Positions 1 to 13,239 are shown, numbered from the stretch's first letter. The stretch is DNA of 64,000 nt from Chrysomallon squamiferum (GCA_012295275.1 CM022669.1:13950001-14014000), one strand, 5' to 3'. Notes: generated from the letters alone by a model not told the origin. Numbers and translations are program-made.

Positions 1-222
1 ATTAATTTTCAGAATTAAAACATTTATAACGACCAATAAATTATGGCCTTTATTGGAATATTAATTGATATGCACATTATTAATGCTTATTTACAAACCC
101 ACATTATTACAGAAGTACGCACAAAATGGCAGACGTGCGCGCGCGCACACACACATACACACACACAGACACACACGCACGCACGCTCTTATCTGTAATA
201 TTATTTCTCTCTGAATACTCAC

Positions 223-1010
223 GTTTCATGTCATCATCAAGATCACATACCATGTACTCATCTGTTTCTTTATACTCGCTGAGAAAACTGGAGAAAAGCT
301 CTGTCTTCTTTTTGTGAATATTACGAGTTTCTTTCTTTTCTCCCTCCACGTCTGTTAGTTTTTCCCCAAACTTCTCTCTGAATAACAAAGTAGAAAATTA
401 CTGAGAAATATGGAGGAAAGCCTTTGCTTTAACATTGTTAATATTTGTGAATGTATGTAGGCCTGTGTGTGTATGTATTATGTAAGTGTGTATGTATGTA
501 CGTATGTTTGTATGTATGTATGTATGTATGTATTATATATGTATGTATGTATGTATGTACGTACGTGTTTAGGAATAAATATACCTCTTAACAGACTTTG
601 CACAGAGACAAGCACTGACACATATTGTGTGCGTGCGTGCGTGCGTGCCTGTGCGTGCGTGTGTGTGTGTGTTTCTATCAACAAGAGAATAATAAGAAAT
701 ATTTACAATTACTAATCTGAATTTAGATTTCTGTAAAATAAAGTGCTTACCGCAAATAATCGTCTGTCCACTTCTTGTAAGCCGGGTAGTCAATTTTTTC
801 CAGCACAGATTTAAATACAACGGGTTGTCCCGGCTTGGTGAACCACCGAAAGAAATACTCCGGAGTTGGAAAATCGTCCAAAGTAGCAGCCTTCTGCAAG
901 GGTGGGTAGTTACACAGAGGTTCCATATGTCCAGGAAGATCATCGTTGGAAAAACACACGTCACAAACAATTATTATCGACAGCAAAATATTCACAAGAA
1001 AGAAATTCAT
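223..1010 (-). CDS. Secreted/ER-targeted cupin-like (JmjC/Cupin_8-type) protein, exons 1-2 only; gene continues beyond the window start
   Basis: Exon 1 1010-751 (MNFFLVNILLSIIIVCDVCFS hydrophobic signal-like N-terminus, then PGHMEPL...FPTPEYFFRWFTKPGQPVVFK...PAYKKWTDDYL) ends at donor GTAAGC. Exon 2 377-223 (CAG acceptor, phase compatible: R-EKFGEKLTDVEGEKKETR...FSSFLSEYKETDEYMVCDL) ends at GTGAGT. The 'PVV...A..KWTDDYL.EK.G...V.VE' pattern is the typical N-terminal part of Cupin_8/JmjC proteins (JMJD5/7/8, TYW5-like). The catalytic HxD..H motif is not in the window. Confidence 0.8.
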
Positions 1011-2324
1011 TTTCTTTAATTTTAATAAAAAAAATTTTATTTTAAGTTTGAAACGGAAAAAGTTATTGACATAAAGCGTCAGAATGTTATTCCTGCTTAT
1101 TCAGTTATTATTAGTAGAGTAGTAGTAGCAGTTGTTGTTGTAGCAGTAGTGGTAATAGCAGCAGCAGCAGTAGTAGCAGAAATAGTATTTATAAAGGTTA
1201 AAAGTATCTATCCTAAATGGCAAAAGTATACAATCACGATTGCAGTAGTGTTTGTTAAAAGATCCGGGACCATGTGAGTAGTTTGTTAAACAACAAATAC
1301 ACAAGCTGTTGCGATTCTTATCACTTATTGTGTTATTGTGAATGAAAATAATACAAATCACATGCCTACAAGCTACCGGTCATGTACACAACGAAAAAAA
1401 GCTATTCTATGTTTGTCACTGAAGGTAGGGGGAAAAAAAACTACAAAAAGAAAGCCAGAACTAACTTCTTCAATGAAACTTTTGGTTTACGTATTTTAAA
1501 GCGAAACAAGCAAGGTATATTTTATTTTATTTCTTTATTATTTTTTTTTTTTTTTGAAATTTATGGAAGGAAATGGTTTTCCTTCTGATATCATAGACAG
1601 TCATTTGAAAACTTTATAATAGCTGGTTTTCTGAACTGCACCAATGAAAAATTAAATAATATTTTTTAATTTGTTCACAAAAATGCTTTTACCATCGCTA
1701 CATTCACCGATATGTCGGAAATTCATGGACTGTTATATCAACTGTTAGAAGTGCCTTTTGGGTATCTTTTGTATAGGTGTTCGCCACTGTTGCATGTTTA
1801 AATCAAAGACTGCCGGTAAAAATCGATTACTTTTCGGGTAGCCATATTTACCATGTTATTCGCTCTCTGTAACCGCGCTAAGGTTTTGCATTGATCTTGT
1901 ACGACTCGTTACATAGTACTATGAAATGACTCAATAACACACAGGGCTTCATATACATTATGAATAAGACACGTATAATATCAATGAATACTATTCCGTT
2001 TTTAAAATTATTCATTTAATAACTAAATATACACACACGCACGCACACACATATATTTAAATAAAACACTTTCTGCATCATCCGACCTTACTAACATTAT
2101 AAAAATACCACCCAATATGACCAGGGATTACCGCCCTGTTAATCTGTAACAGAAGATTTTATATTATAATATATTATTTGTTAAACTAAAAATTTTAATT
2201 AACTTTATCGGAAATTTAAATCAACTATATCGGTGTATGTGTGTATGTGTGTCTTTACTTTCATTTATTTAAAAAAATTTTTTTTTTTTTTATAAACACT
2301 GATTATTAGGTGTCAATTGTTTGT

Positions 2325-2363
<39 letters not shown>

Positions 2364-2477
2364 TATGTGGTTCTGTGCGTGAAAGTTTTTCGTGCTGTGT
2401 GTGGGATGTGTGTATTACAGTTCGTCATTCTATAGAAGAAAATTATTGTCACGATTTTACTGTCTAGGCCTGCTCTC

Positions 2478-2636
2478 ATCCACTAACAAGAAAGGAATTT
2501 ATAGTACAACTGTTTTTTTGGTTTTTTTTTACCATAGACTGGGAACCGTTGGAAAAACACACGTCACAAAGAAGTATTATCCACTAACAAGAAAGGAATT
2601 TATAGTACAGTTTTTTTTACCGTAGACTGGGAACCG
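2478..2636. repeat. Imperfect direct repeat (2478-2548 / 2579-2636) overlapping a degenerate copy of the 5' end of the cupin gene
   Basis: ATCCACTAACAAGAAAGGAATTTATAGTACA...ACC(A/G)TAGACTGGGAACCG occurs twice. 2547-2570 is identical to 944-967 (CGTTGGAAAAACACACGTCACAAA). Confidence 0.8.
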
Positions 2637-2896
2637 CTCGTCAAGGTTTTTGATAAACTCGTGTGTTATTGGCAGACCAGGAAATCTGTGACACTCAGAT
2701 CATCTGCTGATCTGACAACTGTGTGAGTTGTAACATGATGCTGTGTGCACATACAAAAAATATATATATATCAGTGGTAACCAGATTTATAACTGTTGCC
2801 ATTGTTATTCCAGCAGCTTGATAATAATAGTAAATAAGCAGCCATTAAGTAGAGTGTGAAATAAAGGCAGTGTCAGATGAAGCGCACGCACACACA

Positions 2897-2978
<82 letters not shown>

Positions 2979-3445
2979 TTGAACAATTTAAAATAATTAA
3001 CGTTGTCGGGAAGGAATCTGCAATGATTTTAAAATGTACCTTCAATGATTAAAAGAATTAGAATAATTTATTTTTTAGCTGTATAGATTTTCAGATCTTT
3101 CGTAATAATATTATTTTGTTGATATAGTTTGTTGATCGCTCAAAACAATAAAATAGTAACTAGGAAGGTTAAATCATTTTGTTAGACTGTTATAATTAGA
3201 CTAGTACCATCATGGATATACTTTAAAGTGAATTATTTTCAGATATTTATTGCAATTTTGACAGTATGTCAGATGTCTATGTTTTGGAGTCTGCAAAGTG
3301 TGAAATATGTTATCTAGATAACATTCAGAGAAAGAGAACCTCTTTGTATAATTTGGACTTATATTCTACGGTATATAGCGGGCATCAGCTATACATTGAA
3401 AGTATGTCTAAGGTTGTCACAACCATCTCAAAATTATCCTAGATA

Positions 3446-3539
3446 ATAAAAAAATGTTCTTATGTCACAAAATAAACTTGCAACAGGAAATATAAAAAAA
3501 TGTTCTTATGTCACAAAATAAACTTGCAACAGGAAATAT
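3446..3539. repeat. 46-bp tandem duplication
   Basis: ATAAAAAAATGTTCTTATGTCACAAAATAAACTTGCAACAGGAAAT is repeated head-to-tail. Confidence 0.9.
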
Positions 3540-4898
3540 TGTGATTGAAACAACAAACATTAAAATAACTAAGAAAAAATATTTCACAACAAAAAAACAA
3601 AAACAACAACGAAATAACAGATGATATAATTTATTTTAAATTTTTTTTTTTTTTTTTTTTTTCCAAAAAATTTAAAAAAATTTTTAATAAATAATATAGA
3701 AAAGAAAAATGCATATTACATGATGATTATTAATTAATTATATCATCATTACACATTATTATACAGGAATGAATGGTATGGAAAAAAAAATTATTCACGC
3801 CATAAGTTTTAGTTATTTATTCAGTTTTTGGTTTTCAGTATAAAAATAATTTATACGTGCTAATCGAGATAATATTACATTCATACTACAGATATATCGA
3901 ACAAATGAATTTTCATTTTACAAATGTATATTCAAAGATTTAAAAATCCATTGGTTATTCGCTTGCTATTAACACAATTTAGTTATAAATGAAAATGAAA
4001 AATCAATGTGATGATGTGTTTCATTATTATGAATTGATGAAAACAGTAACATATCAGTAGCGAAATTATTATAGGTGTGGATACAATAAAATTTAATAAC
4101 GTTATCTGATGAAATCCATAGAAAAATCTTCATAGAAGTGTGTGTTTGTGCGCGAGTGTATGTGAGTAATGTATTTGTGTATGTGAGTAATGTATTTGTA
4201 TATGTAAGTGTTTGGTCTTTATACATCACTTGCTGATGTCATTCATGACCTTGCTGAAACGTTTTATTTGTATTCCTTCTCAGAAGAACACGAACAAGAA
4301 ATGCACGGACACCCAAACCAATTCTTCCTTTTGTTTTCATACTCAATCTATTTGACTGTTTCCACCTGCAAAGGGCTTACGTATATATATATATATATAT
4401 ATATGGAATCCCAAACCTGTGGGAAGGTGTTGCAGTTGTCGATGGATGTCAAAACGAATTAAACCTTTCGAGATAAAATTAATTATAATGTGAACAATAC
4501 AGTTCAGAGGAACCTTGCATCCAAACTGAGTATGAGGAATATCTTTGCGGGGTTCTTAACCTGGATGAGTTTTTGTTTTGGAGGGAAGGGAGGACGGACA
4601 TTCAGCTTTTCCAGTTAAACATTAATAACACTGAATCATCACATATAACGTTGCTTCATATGTGACAAAATTGTTACAGTTTATAAAAAAATTATTTTTG
4701 TGGCTTCCTTTCCAGGAGACGATCATGATACAGGGTTGAGAGGAGTCATTAGATAAATCTTTTTTTTTTTTTCTTTTTTTTGAGTTGAAATGTATTATTG
4801 ACCTAGATCTACGAGGTATGGCATAAGATAGCATGCCAAGGGATGAGGAATGTTAACGAATGAAGAAAGAAAAGTTAATAGTTCTTGATTTTGAAAAT

Positions 4899-5860
4899 TT
4901 AATGTTTTTTCATGTTTGTTGACTTGAAAAATGTGTACATGAATATCTCTTGAAATTCTCGAAGAGCTTGTGAAAATGAATTTATCTCGTTTTCTTTCTT
5001 CTTTATCATGTTGTATATGTTGTTGGCTTCCTCTCTGAAATTTAATTTTAAAAAGTGTGCATTATATATATATATATATATATGTGGTTGTATAACTGAA
5101 TTAAATGGTATAAAATACAGTCTCACACACAGACACAAACACACACACACACACTCGCACATACATACATACATACATACATTCAGTTATTCAGTTATTC
5201 TAAGACTACGTAAAATCATATTTTTTGTTCAAATGTATTTGGCTAGAAGCACATAGCAGCAAAATAGTCTTTAATTTATCCTTTCCCCTAAAAAAAATAG
5301 CATTAATTCTAATGTGACTGAACAGTCGTAAGTCAGGTGTTGAAACAGAAAATATACGAACAGACGCAGTAAGGAGAATTGATCGTTCATCCAGTCAGAA
5401 CCCGAACCATTTTCTTTCCAGAAACTTTAACATTTAGAAATCTGCGTTTTAACTGTTCAAGTTGTGTATTATTTTATTTTAAATTTGTAAAAAATTTTTT
5501 TTTTAAAATACCTGGCCAGCTCTAATTCATTATGGTAGGCTTTCAGAAGCTGATCTCTATTGTTCTTTTGAAGGGCAATGACATTTTTCATACTTTCTGT
5601 CTTTATGTTGCATGACTCCTGAACCTCCATAGCGATCACTTCTCTTTCCTTCAACTGTCCGCTTAAATGTTTATGCTCTGAAATTTTTTATAATAAGGGA
5701 TAAATAAATAAAATAAATAAATAAATAAATTATAGTCTTGGAATACTTGCTGAAATTGGGAAAAGAATACTGGAGGTTCAAGATTATTGTTTTGTTCTGT
5801 TCTGGTAAAGAGCTAATTTTTCCACAACTATTTTTGATATTAATTAATTAATTAATTAAT

Positions 5861-5911
<51 letters not shown>

Positions 5912-5950
5912 TCCATGATTTCTTTACTGTTATTTTTTATTAGCAGTAGT

Positions 5951-5986
<36 letters not shown>

Positions 5987-8061
5987 CTATCCATCTCTTT
6001 CTTCTTTATTTATTTATTTGTTTGTTTTACTTTATTTTATTATATTCATTATTCATTTATTCATTCATACATACCTTGCATACGACAATTGTTTTCCCTT
6101 TTAAGATCTGCTACGAGTGTTTGCAAGATTTCTTTTTGCTCAGACTGTGAATTAAGATCGAGCTTTGCATCATTCAATACTTTTACTAAAGAATTCACAG
6201 ATCCTTCCTGGTTTGCCAGTTCCTCCTGTAACATGAATGAATACATAAACAAACAAACAAACAAACAAAAAACAAAATGAAATGAAGCAAAATATTATAA
6301 AATAAATTAAAACAAAAGAAAATTAAAGAAAACACAATGAATAATAAACAAATAATAATAAAAAATAATAATAATAACAATAAAAGTATAAAACAAAACA
6401 AAACAAAATTAAAGAAAAGAAAATGAATAATAAATAAATAAATAAATAAATTAAATAAACTATCTGTCTACACTGTGTGAAAACAGTTACTTAACAATTT
6501 AATAATTGGCAAAAATTATTGATTAAATTCTGAGAAGTGAATTATGCCTGCTAACATTTCGATTATTTCTCTGTAGCAATTACACAAAACACACATATGC
6601 ACACGCACACATCACTCATAAACACACTTATACATAACCTACTCTCAGTGAACTAGACTTTTTCTTTTCTTCTTTAATATTTTTTATAAGTTCAGCTTGC
6701 TCATTTTTCAGAGTTTCAACTTGGTGCAGTTTAATCGATAGGTCCGCCTTCATGCGTTCATTTTCTGAGGTTAGATTCAGCAGCTGAAACCAAAAGACAA
6801 TTCCAGAAAATGTTCAATAGTAGTAAATATATAAAAAAAAAAAAAAAAAAAAAAAATTAAAATTGTTGTCGATAGAAAATTAATTGTTAATCGGTATTAT
6901 AATCATCGTCAGAATCGTAACTCTCATCAAAATCATCATTACAAACAACATTATAATCATCATTATTATTAACAATTTAAAAAAAAAAAAAAAAAGTCTG
7001 AGAAAAATAATTTAATAAATACATCTTGGAAATGACTTTAGTGTAATAGCAACACTGTAGTAGCTTGCCTCTGATTTATCCTTAGCAAAGAAATCTTTCA
7101 GTAGCGTACTTGTGCTGGTCACGTTCCTGGCGTCATTCGTCAAGGTTTTCTTTTGGCCGCCTAAATGTTTATGAGCTTCCTCAGCTTTCTCCACAGACTT
7201 CCTCGCTTGCATTGCTTGAATCTCCAGATACGCCAGGTCTCTGCTTTTGTTGTGTAGTTCATCCAGAGTGTGTTGCATTTTCTTTTCTACCTGTTGGTGC
7301 TGTTTTAGTAACGCAAACAGATGAATTAATCATTCAGTAAGTGCATTTGTTTAACAAGTTGTGATATAATAATAAACCGTCCATTGGTACGGTAAACGCC
7401 ATTTTAATGAACCAAGCCCACTGTTGGTTGGAACGAGAATTAATGCAAGGTGTGCAGAGAGAGGGAATGGCTGCGAGTCTCAGCCAATCAGCATTTTTTT
7501 TTTTTTTTTTTTTTTTTAGTCCGTGACGTCATTACGTTAAGATCGGAATGATTTGTTCTGTGAGTGTGATCAGGAAAGAAATACAGCAATAAAGTCACCA
7601 TTTATACGTTGTTTTTTGGTACTTTTTATTTATTTATTTATTTTGTTTGTTTGTTTGTTTGTTTTTGTTGTTTTGTAATTTAAAAAAGAGAGGATATTAA
7701 ACTTACAGTATTTTCCTCCCTTTCTAACTGATTCTCCAATTTATTTTTGAAGGCCATTTGTTTATTTATTTCATTAGTAAATTCTTTCACATTTTTCTGA
7801 AGTCTTTCATTCATCATCTGAATCTTGTTCAGAACACTCTGAACGTGCCGAAGTTCAGAAATTAGACTAGATGCTACCTGCCGTTTCTCATCTATTTCTT
7901 TAATGCTGGATATGTTCAAATCATCACAGAAAGCAATCTACGAAAACGAAAAAATAAAATAAAATAAAATAAAATAAAATAAAATAAAAAAAAGTAAAAT
8001 AAATAAGAATTAACGACATCTGAACATTATTAGAAAATACGTGTACACGGGATACTACTTA

Positions 8062-8103
<42 letters not shown>

Positions 8104-8555
8104 GTTGTTGTTGTTGTTGTTGTTTGTCGTTGTTGTTGCTGTTGTTGTTGTTATTATATTAATTTTATTAATATTATCATTATTATTATTACTACTGCTA
8201 TACTATTATTATTATTATTATAACCCAAAATTTTACAAAATATTTAATGTGAAACAACGATTAGTTTCCAACAATAAGAGAATATCAGTTTACCTGAGAT
8301 TTCAGATTGCCAATATATTTGTTAAGAAAATACAATTCCTGATCGTTGTGCTGTACTTCGGCTTCTGTCTGGTGAAACATTGTCGCCATCTTCAAAACCG
8401 CTTGTTCTTTCTCATCCAGTTCTATTGTCATATATTGCAACTGAAAAAAAAAAAAAAAATAAAAAAATAAACAGTATTAGTAGTAGTACTAGTAATAATA
8501 TAGTAGTAATAATAATGATGATGATAAAATGGTGATGGCAACGATAATAATGTTG

Positions 8556-8615
<60 letters not shown>

Positions 8616-8652
8616 TCAACAACAACAGCACAAGCAGCAATAACAGTTATGA

Positions 8653-8683
<31 letters not shown>

Positions 8684-8968
8684 AAAAACAACAGCAACAA
8701 CAGTAATAATAGAAATAATAATAATGATGCTAACAACGAAAAATGATAATAAGTAAATTAAATAAATAATGTACGAAAAAGTATAAAAATAGGATACCGC
8801 TCTCTTTATTACTCTCCTGTCTCCTCCAGCCTCGGACTGCTCCTCAAGATAAGATTTAATCTCCTCTAATCTCAAAATATGCTGTATGGCCTGTTTCCCC
8901 CACGCACTTTCTTCAAACATTCTTTTCTCATCAGACTTGATTAGCCGTTGCAAGCGACTGATCTCTTC
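4899..8968 (-). CDS. Uncharacterised coiled-coil protein, paralog A (8-exon core, ~457 aa; 5' end uncertain)
   Basis: Exons (minus): 8968-8798 (171 nt), 8440-8294 (147), 7937-7707 (231), 7299-7069 (231, GC donor GAG|GCAAGC), 6783-6643 (141), 6225-6075 (151), 5677-5512 (166), 5034-4899 (stop). All are phase-compatible and open, with an E/K/Q/L-rich heptad pattern. Lengths, phases and sequence match paralog B (EESAWGKQAIQHI vs DESSWGKQAVQQI; LREFQEIFMYTFFKS vs LQEFQEISMYSFYKS). Confidence 0.85.
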
Positions 8969-8972
8969 CTTC

Positions 8973-9021
<49 letters not shown>

Positions 9022-9053
9022 CAACAACAACAACAACGACGACAATAATCACA

Positions 9054-9760
9054 CAGTGGTACCTGTCTTTAGCGGCCACCTAAGATGTACGGACACCCTT
9101 CCGAGTCCCGATTCTTGTTCAGTAGGTATGTCCCTTAGACCAGCGGACACCTACTGAAATCGGACTCTGAATATTATATTATTATTGCAGGTGCGAAAGC
9201 GGACAGTCACACGGTTTTCGATATGCTTTCTCCAAACTAAATAATATTTGCTGTTTTACGGTTAGCTTAATACGATATTTTTAAAGATGGATTCGCCCAT
9301 TCATTGCTCTGCACTGTGCACGCAGGAGTGTTGTTTTTGTTGAATCACTAAAACCCGCGAACTTCAATCGCCAAACGCTTGCCTGCCAAACCATGCAAGT
9401 TATCACTTCTTAGCGGACTTTTGATGTCGACAATATGGTGCGGCTAGCAAAAAATTCAGAGCTCTGTTTGTGTTTCAAACGGAATATTATGTAAAACATA
9501 AACGTACTTTATGCTAATTACGAGTTTTATGACGTGCGAAATACATTTAACTTACATCCATCAGTGAACTAGATATGCTTGCTGTTGTGTTTTAGGAGAA
9601 AGCCGTGATGCTTGCTATGGCAACGCCCTGTCGCGATGTGGGTACTCTTGTGGGGCATGTGAATTAAAATTGTTAGAATGTAAAAAAAAAAATTGTCTCT
9701 AATGTTTGTTACTCTGATAAGGGGATACCTGCGATGTACCTACAAGACAAGTACCCACTG
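9054..9760. mobile_element. Non-autonomous Tc1/mariner-pogo-type element (MITE) upstream of the core exons of paralog A
   Basis: Left end CAGTGGTACCTGTCTTTAGC (9054) and right end CTACAAGACAAGTACCCACTG (to 9760) are imperfect inverted repeats. The right end is followed by TA and the left end is preceded by CA (degenerate TA TSD). The interior is more GC/CpG-rich than the flanks and has no transposase ORF. Confidence 0.65.
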
Positions 9761-9911
9761 TAATAAAAAATTAAAAATAAAAAATAAAAATAATGACGAA
9801 GATGATTATGATGCGTTAATAGTTTCAACAACAACAAAGTAATGATAGTAATCATAATAATAATAAAACAAATAACAACTGAATCGATGTTCAGATAATA
9901 CATCTAGAATT

Positions 9912-9947
<36 letters not shown>

Positions 9948-9959
9948 CAGTACTAAGTT

Positions 9960-9990
<31 letters not shown>

Positions 9991-10340
9991 CGGTGGTGGT
10001 TGTGGTGGTGGTGATGGTAGTATGTAATAATGGTAATAATAAATCATTCATTTCGTGAAGTTACCTGAAGTAAATTCATGATTTAGGTTCGTGTAAATTC
10101 GTCTAGGGTTACGACATCAACTAATTAGATAATTAACGTTTCCAAACTCCAATTGATGTCGTCGGCACATGACGTCACGCAAGAAGTAAGCACGTCATCT
10201 GAGAGAGAACATTACTTATCTGTTTACAATTATTTATTTATTTATTTATTTATTCACTTTTTTTATTTTTGTCAGACTTATATTCACGTGATTTAAAAAG
10301 TCAGTCTTAATCTTTTGCCTTTTGGAGTCTAATGATAAAT

Positions 10341-10431
<91 letters not shown>

Positions 10432-10650
10432 TTCCAAGCACCTGTAACTGTACTTTCAGAAGAATCTGACATACAGTTATCGATGATGCAATCTCTGACA
10501 TTTTCCTTGATATTTTCACTTGTTTCCAGTCATTGGGGTAAAATAAATAAATAAATGATTTATTTATTTTTATTTTTATTTTTATTTTTTATTGATTTAT
10601 TTTTATTAACATTATATTATGTTAATTTATGTTAATTCTAATAATAACAA

Positions 10651-10709
<59 letters not shown>

Positions 10710-11389
10710 GCTACTGTTCGTTTTAAATCCAGGTAAATAACAAGGATGGAAGCTTTATTCTTTTTACCATTATTATTTTTTGTAAAGTTTCTTTTTTCTT
10801 TTATTAATTTGTCTAATTTCCCCTATAAAATTTGCACCACATAAAATAATAAGTAGTGAAAGTCATAGTAGTACAAAAAAAAAAAAAAAAAAAAAAAAAT
10901 AATAATAAAAAATCATTAACCAGTGTTTATGGGCAATACAAATAAAAGAACAATGAGAATTAAAGCCCTGCTCACTAAACCTTAGTACATTACCTCCCTT
11001 GATTAAAGCTACAAAATACACTGCTGTTACAATAGTGATAAAAAAAAAAAAAAGTTATTTGGATCGACAACCCAAACATAAGCTGTTATAGTTACTTGCA
11101 CAAAAAGTACAAATTCTATCAAAATTGTAAGGAAAGTTTTTTTACTTAAACAATGTTTTTGAGACCGCCATTATTGTTATTGGTAAATATACCAGTGAAT
11201 GAAAATTAAGTTTCTTTAGTACAAATTATTATTATGATTATTGTTACGATTACTGTTGTTGTTGCTGTAGCTGTCGTTGTATTGTTGTTGTTGTTGTTGT
11301 TATTTTTTGTAATCTACCCCATCTATCCATCTTTATTGTAACATTCTTATTAAAAAAAACCAATAATAATAATAATAATAATAAATTCT

Positions 11390-12084
11390 ACTGCGAATAC
11401 AGGATTTCTGAAATATTGTAAGCTGCCTTGAATGGAATTCACAGTCCCATAGGAATCGAATGCTCACAGTGAGATAGTTATTGAGTTGACATCACTTGGG
11501 TATGAATTAAACAAAAACCTTATGTAACAAATATTAAGACATCTGTTAGGCTCAAAATCCAAGATATGGCATATCTCTGGAAATACTTGACCGCTTCAGT
11601 TATGTTAGACTCTATTATAGGGTTTTATAACACGCCTGATAAACTGGAATATGTTTCAGGTCGATACTAGGTCAAGGTCATGCAAGAAGGTCAAGATAAA
11701 ATGAATTAGTGACTGGCTTTAAGTCGATTGGAGGACAAAGTCACACAGTAAGATCATAACAAAAGGTCAGCATATGATGAACATCCGCTAAAATCAAATT
11801 ATAACAATTAGATCATGTTACTAATTTTTTTTTTTTAGTTACAACATAATACTAGAATACAAACATAAAAGCATCAAGAATGCACAGATATTACTGGATT
11901 TGATTACCCAGTGATGCCAGATGTGCCTCCCAGTCGCCCTGAGGATTGCCCAGATGATGTGCAGAAGGTACTGATCTGGTTTCATGAAGTTTATCAAGAA
12001 CTGGACCACGTCGTCATATTAACATCGTCTGGTGAAGGCTGGACTGAAGTTCCTCACACTGCTTCTGAACACATATACACATGA
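11390..12084 (+). pseudogene. Possible decayed coding relic
   Basis: Non-repetitive, higher-GC island between microsatellites. Stop-free frame 11869-12081 reads KHQECTDITGFDYPVMPDVPPSRPEDCPDDVQKVLIWFHEVYQELDHVVILTSSGEGWTEVPH..., preceded by coding-like frames broken by stops. No family is confidently recognised. Confidence 0.3.
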
Positions 12085-12139
12085 ACACTCAAACACAGAC
12101 ACAATATCTGTTCATCAGAACCTCAACACGTATAGGCAG

Positions 12140-12182
<43 letters not shown>

Positions 12183-12351
12183 TACATACACACCACACCT
12201 CAATGAACGTGTTAATCAGAGCAACCTGCTGTGATACACGTCTGCGTCAGGCACGATCTCCTACGCTCTGCTCGTAAGAACCTGAACACATATACACACT
12301 TACAGGCATGCACATACACCAAATACATCACACGGCATACACAGACACATA

Positions 12352-12479
<128 letters not shown>

Positions 12480-12822
12480 CATACACTCAACCATGCATGC
12501 ATATTTTTTTTATTTTTTTTAAAAGAGTTCATTTAAAATTTATTTAACACATAATTCTGCGTTTTGAAAGACGGATTTTTAGTGAAAATTTATTGACGTG
12601 TAATATTAATCAGTAGGAATCACTGCTGTAAAATATCAGGCAGACAAGGCCACCACAGAAATCAGTCTCCTCGCGTTCAGGATCATCTTCAGTTTTAAAA
12701 AGCAATTTGTTACAGATTCTGTCTCAATAAACGTCACACACACCGCGTGGTTTTCGACCATCTTCAGAACAAAACGAGATAAACAACTCGTCGCGCGTTT
12801 TATCGCTCGGAAACACGGCCAG

Positions 12823-13191
12823 CTATTTCTTCGTCGATTTATCGGGTGAACTTTTGTTAAACATTTTGACGAGCCGGTTTCTGAGGGGACTCAGAGCCTT
12901 GATGTTCTTTGAAACCTTCGGTGTCGGACCCTCGTCCACGTCGACATCCAAGGTGGCCTCTCCTCGAAGGGAAACTGTCGTGGAGCACTTCTTGCGAGAG
13001 AGTGGAATGATATCGTTGTCCACGGCGGCGTTCGTGTGGTCGGAGGAGATGGCAGCGACGGGGATTTTTTCACGAAGCGTGACGTCGGCTGAATGTCGTC
13101 TCATCTCGTCTTCGTAGACCTTGGCTTTGTCGAGGAACTGGTCGGACATCGAGGCAGCTTTCTTTGGTTCAACTGCTTCGTCGAATATCAC
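12823..13191 (-). CDS. GC-rich orphan coding-like segment (S/K/D-rich, disordered); possible remnant first exon of paralog A or a terminal exon
   Basis: 122-codon non-repetitive ORF with much higher GC than its surroundings (ATG at 13149, MSDQFLDKAK...). It contains RRHS like exon 1 of paralog B. There is a downstream AATAAA on the minus strand at about 12589-12594. Confidence 0.5.
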   Translation of the reverse strand: MIFDEAVEPKKAASMSDQFLDKAKVYEDEMRRHSADVTLREKIPVAAISSDHTNAAVDNDIIPLSRKKCSTTVSLRGEATLDVDVDEGPTPKVSKNIKALSPLRNRLVKMFNKSSPDKSTKK

Positions 13192-13192
13192 A

Positions 13193-13239
<47 letters not shown>

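Noticed and set aside
11910-11990. Tyrosine kinase gene based on RPEDCPDDV
   Set aside because: A single short motif, with no HRD, DFG or SDVWSFG motifs nearby. It is kept only as a low-confidence relic.
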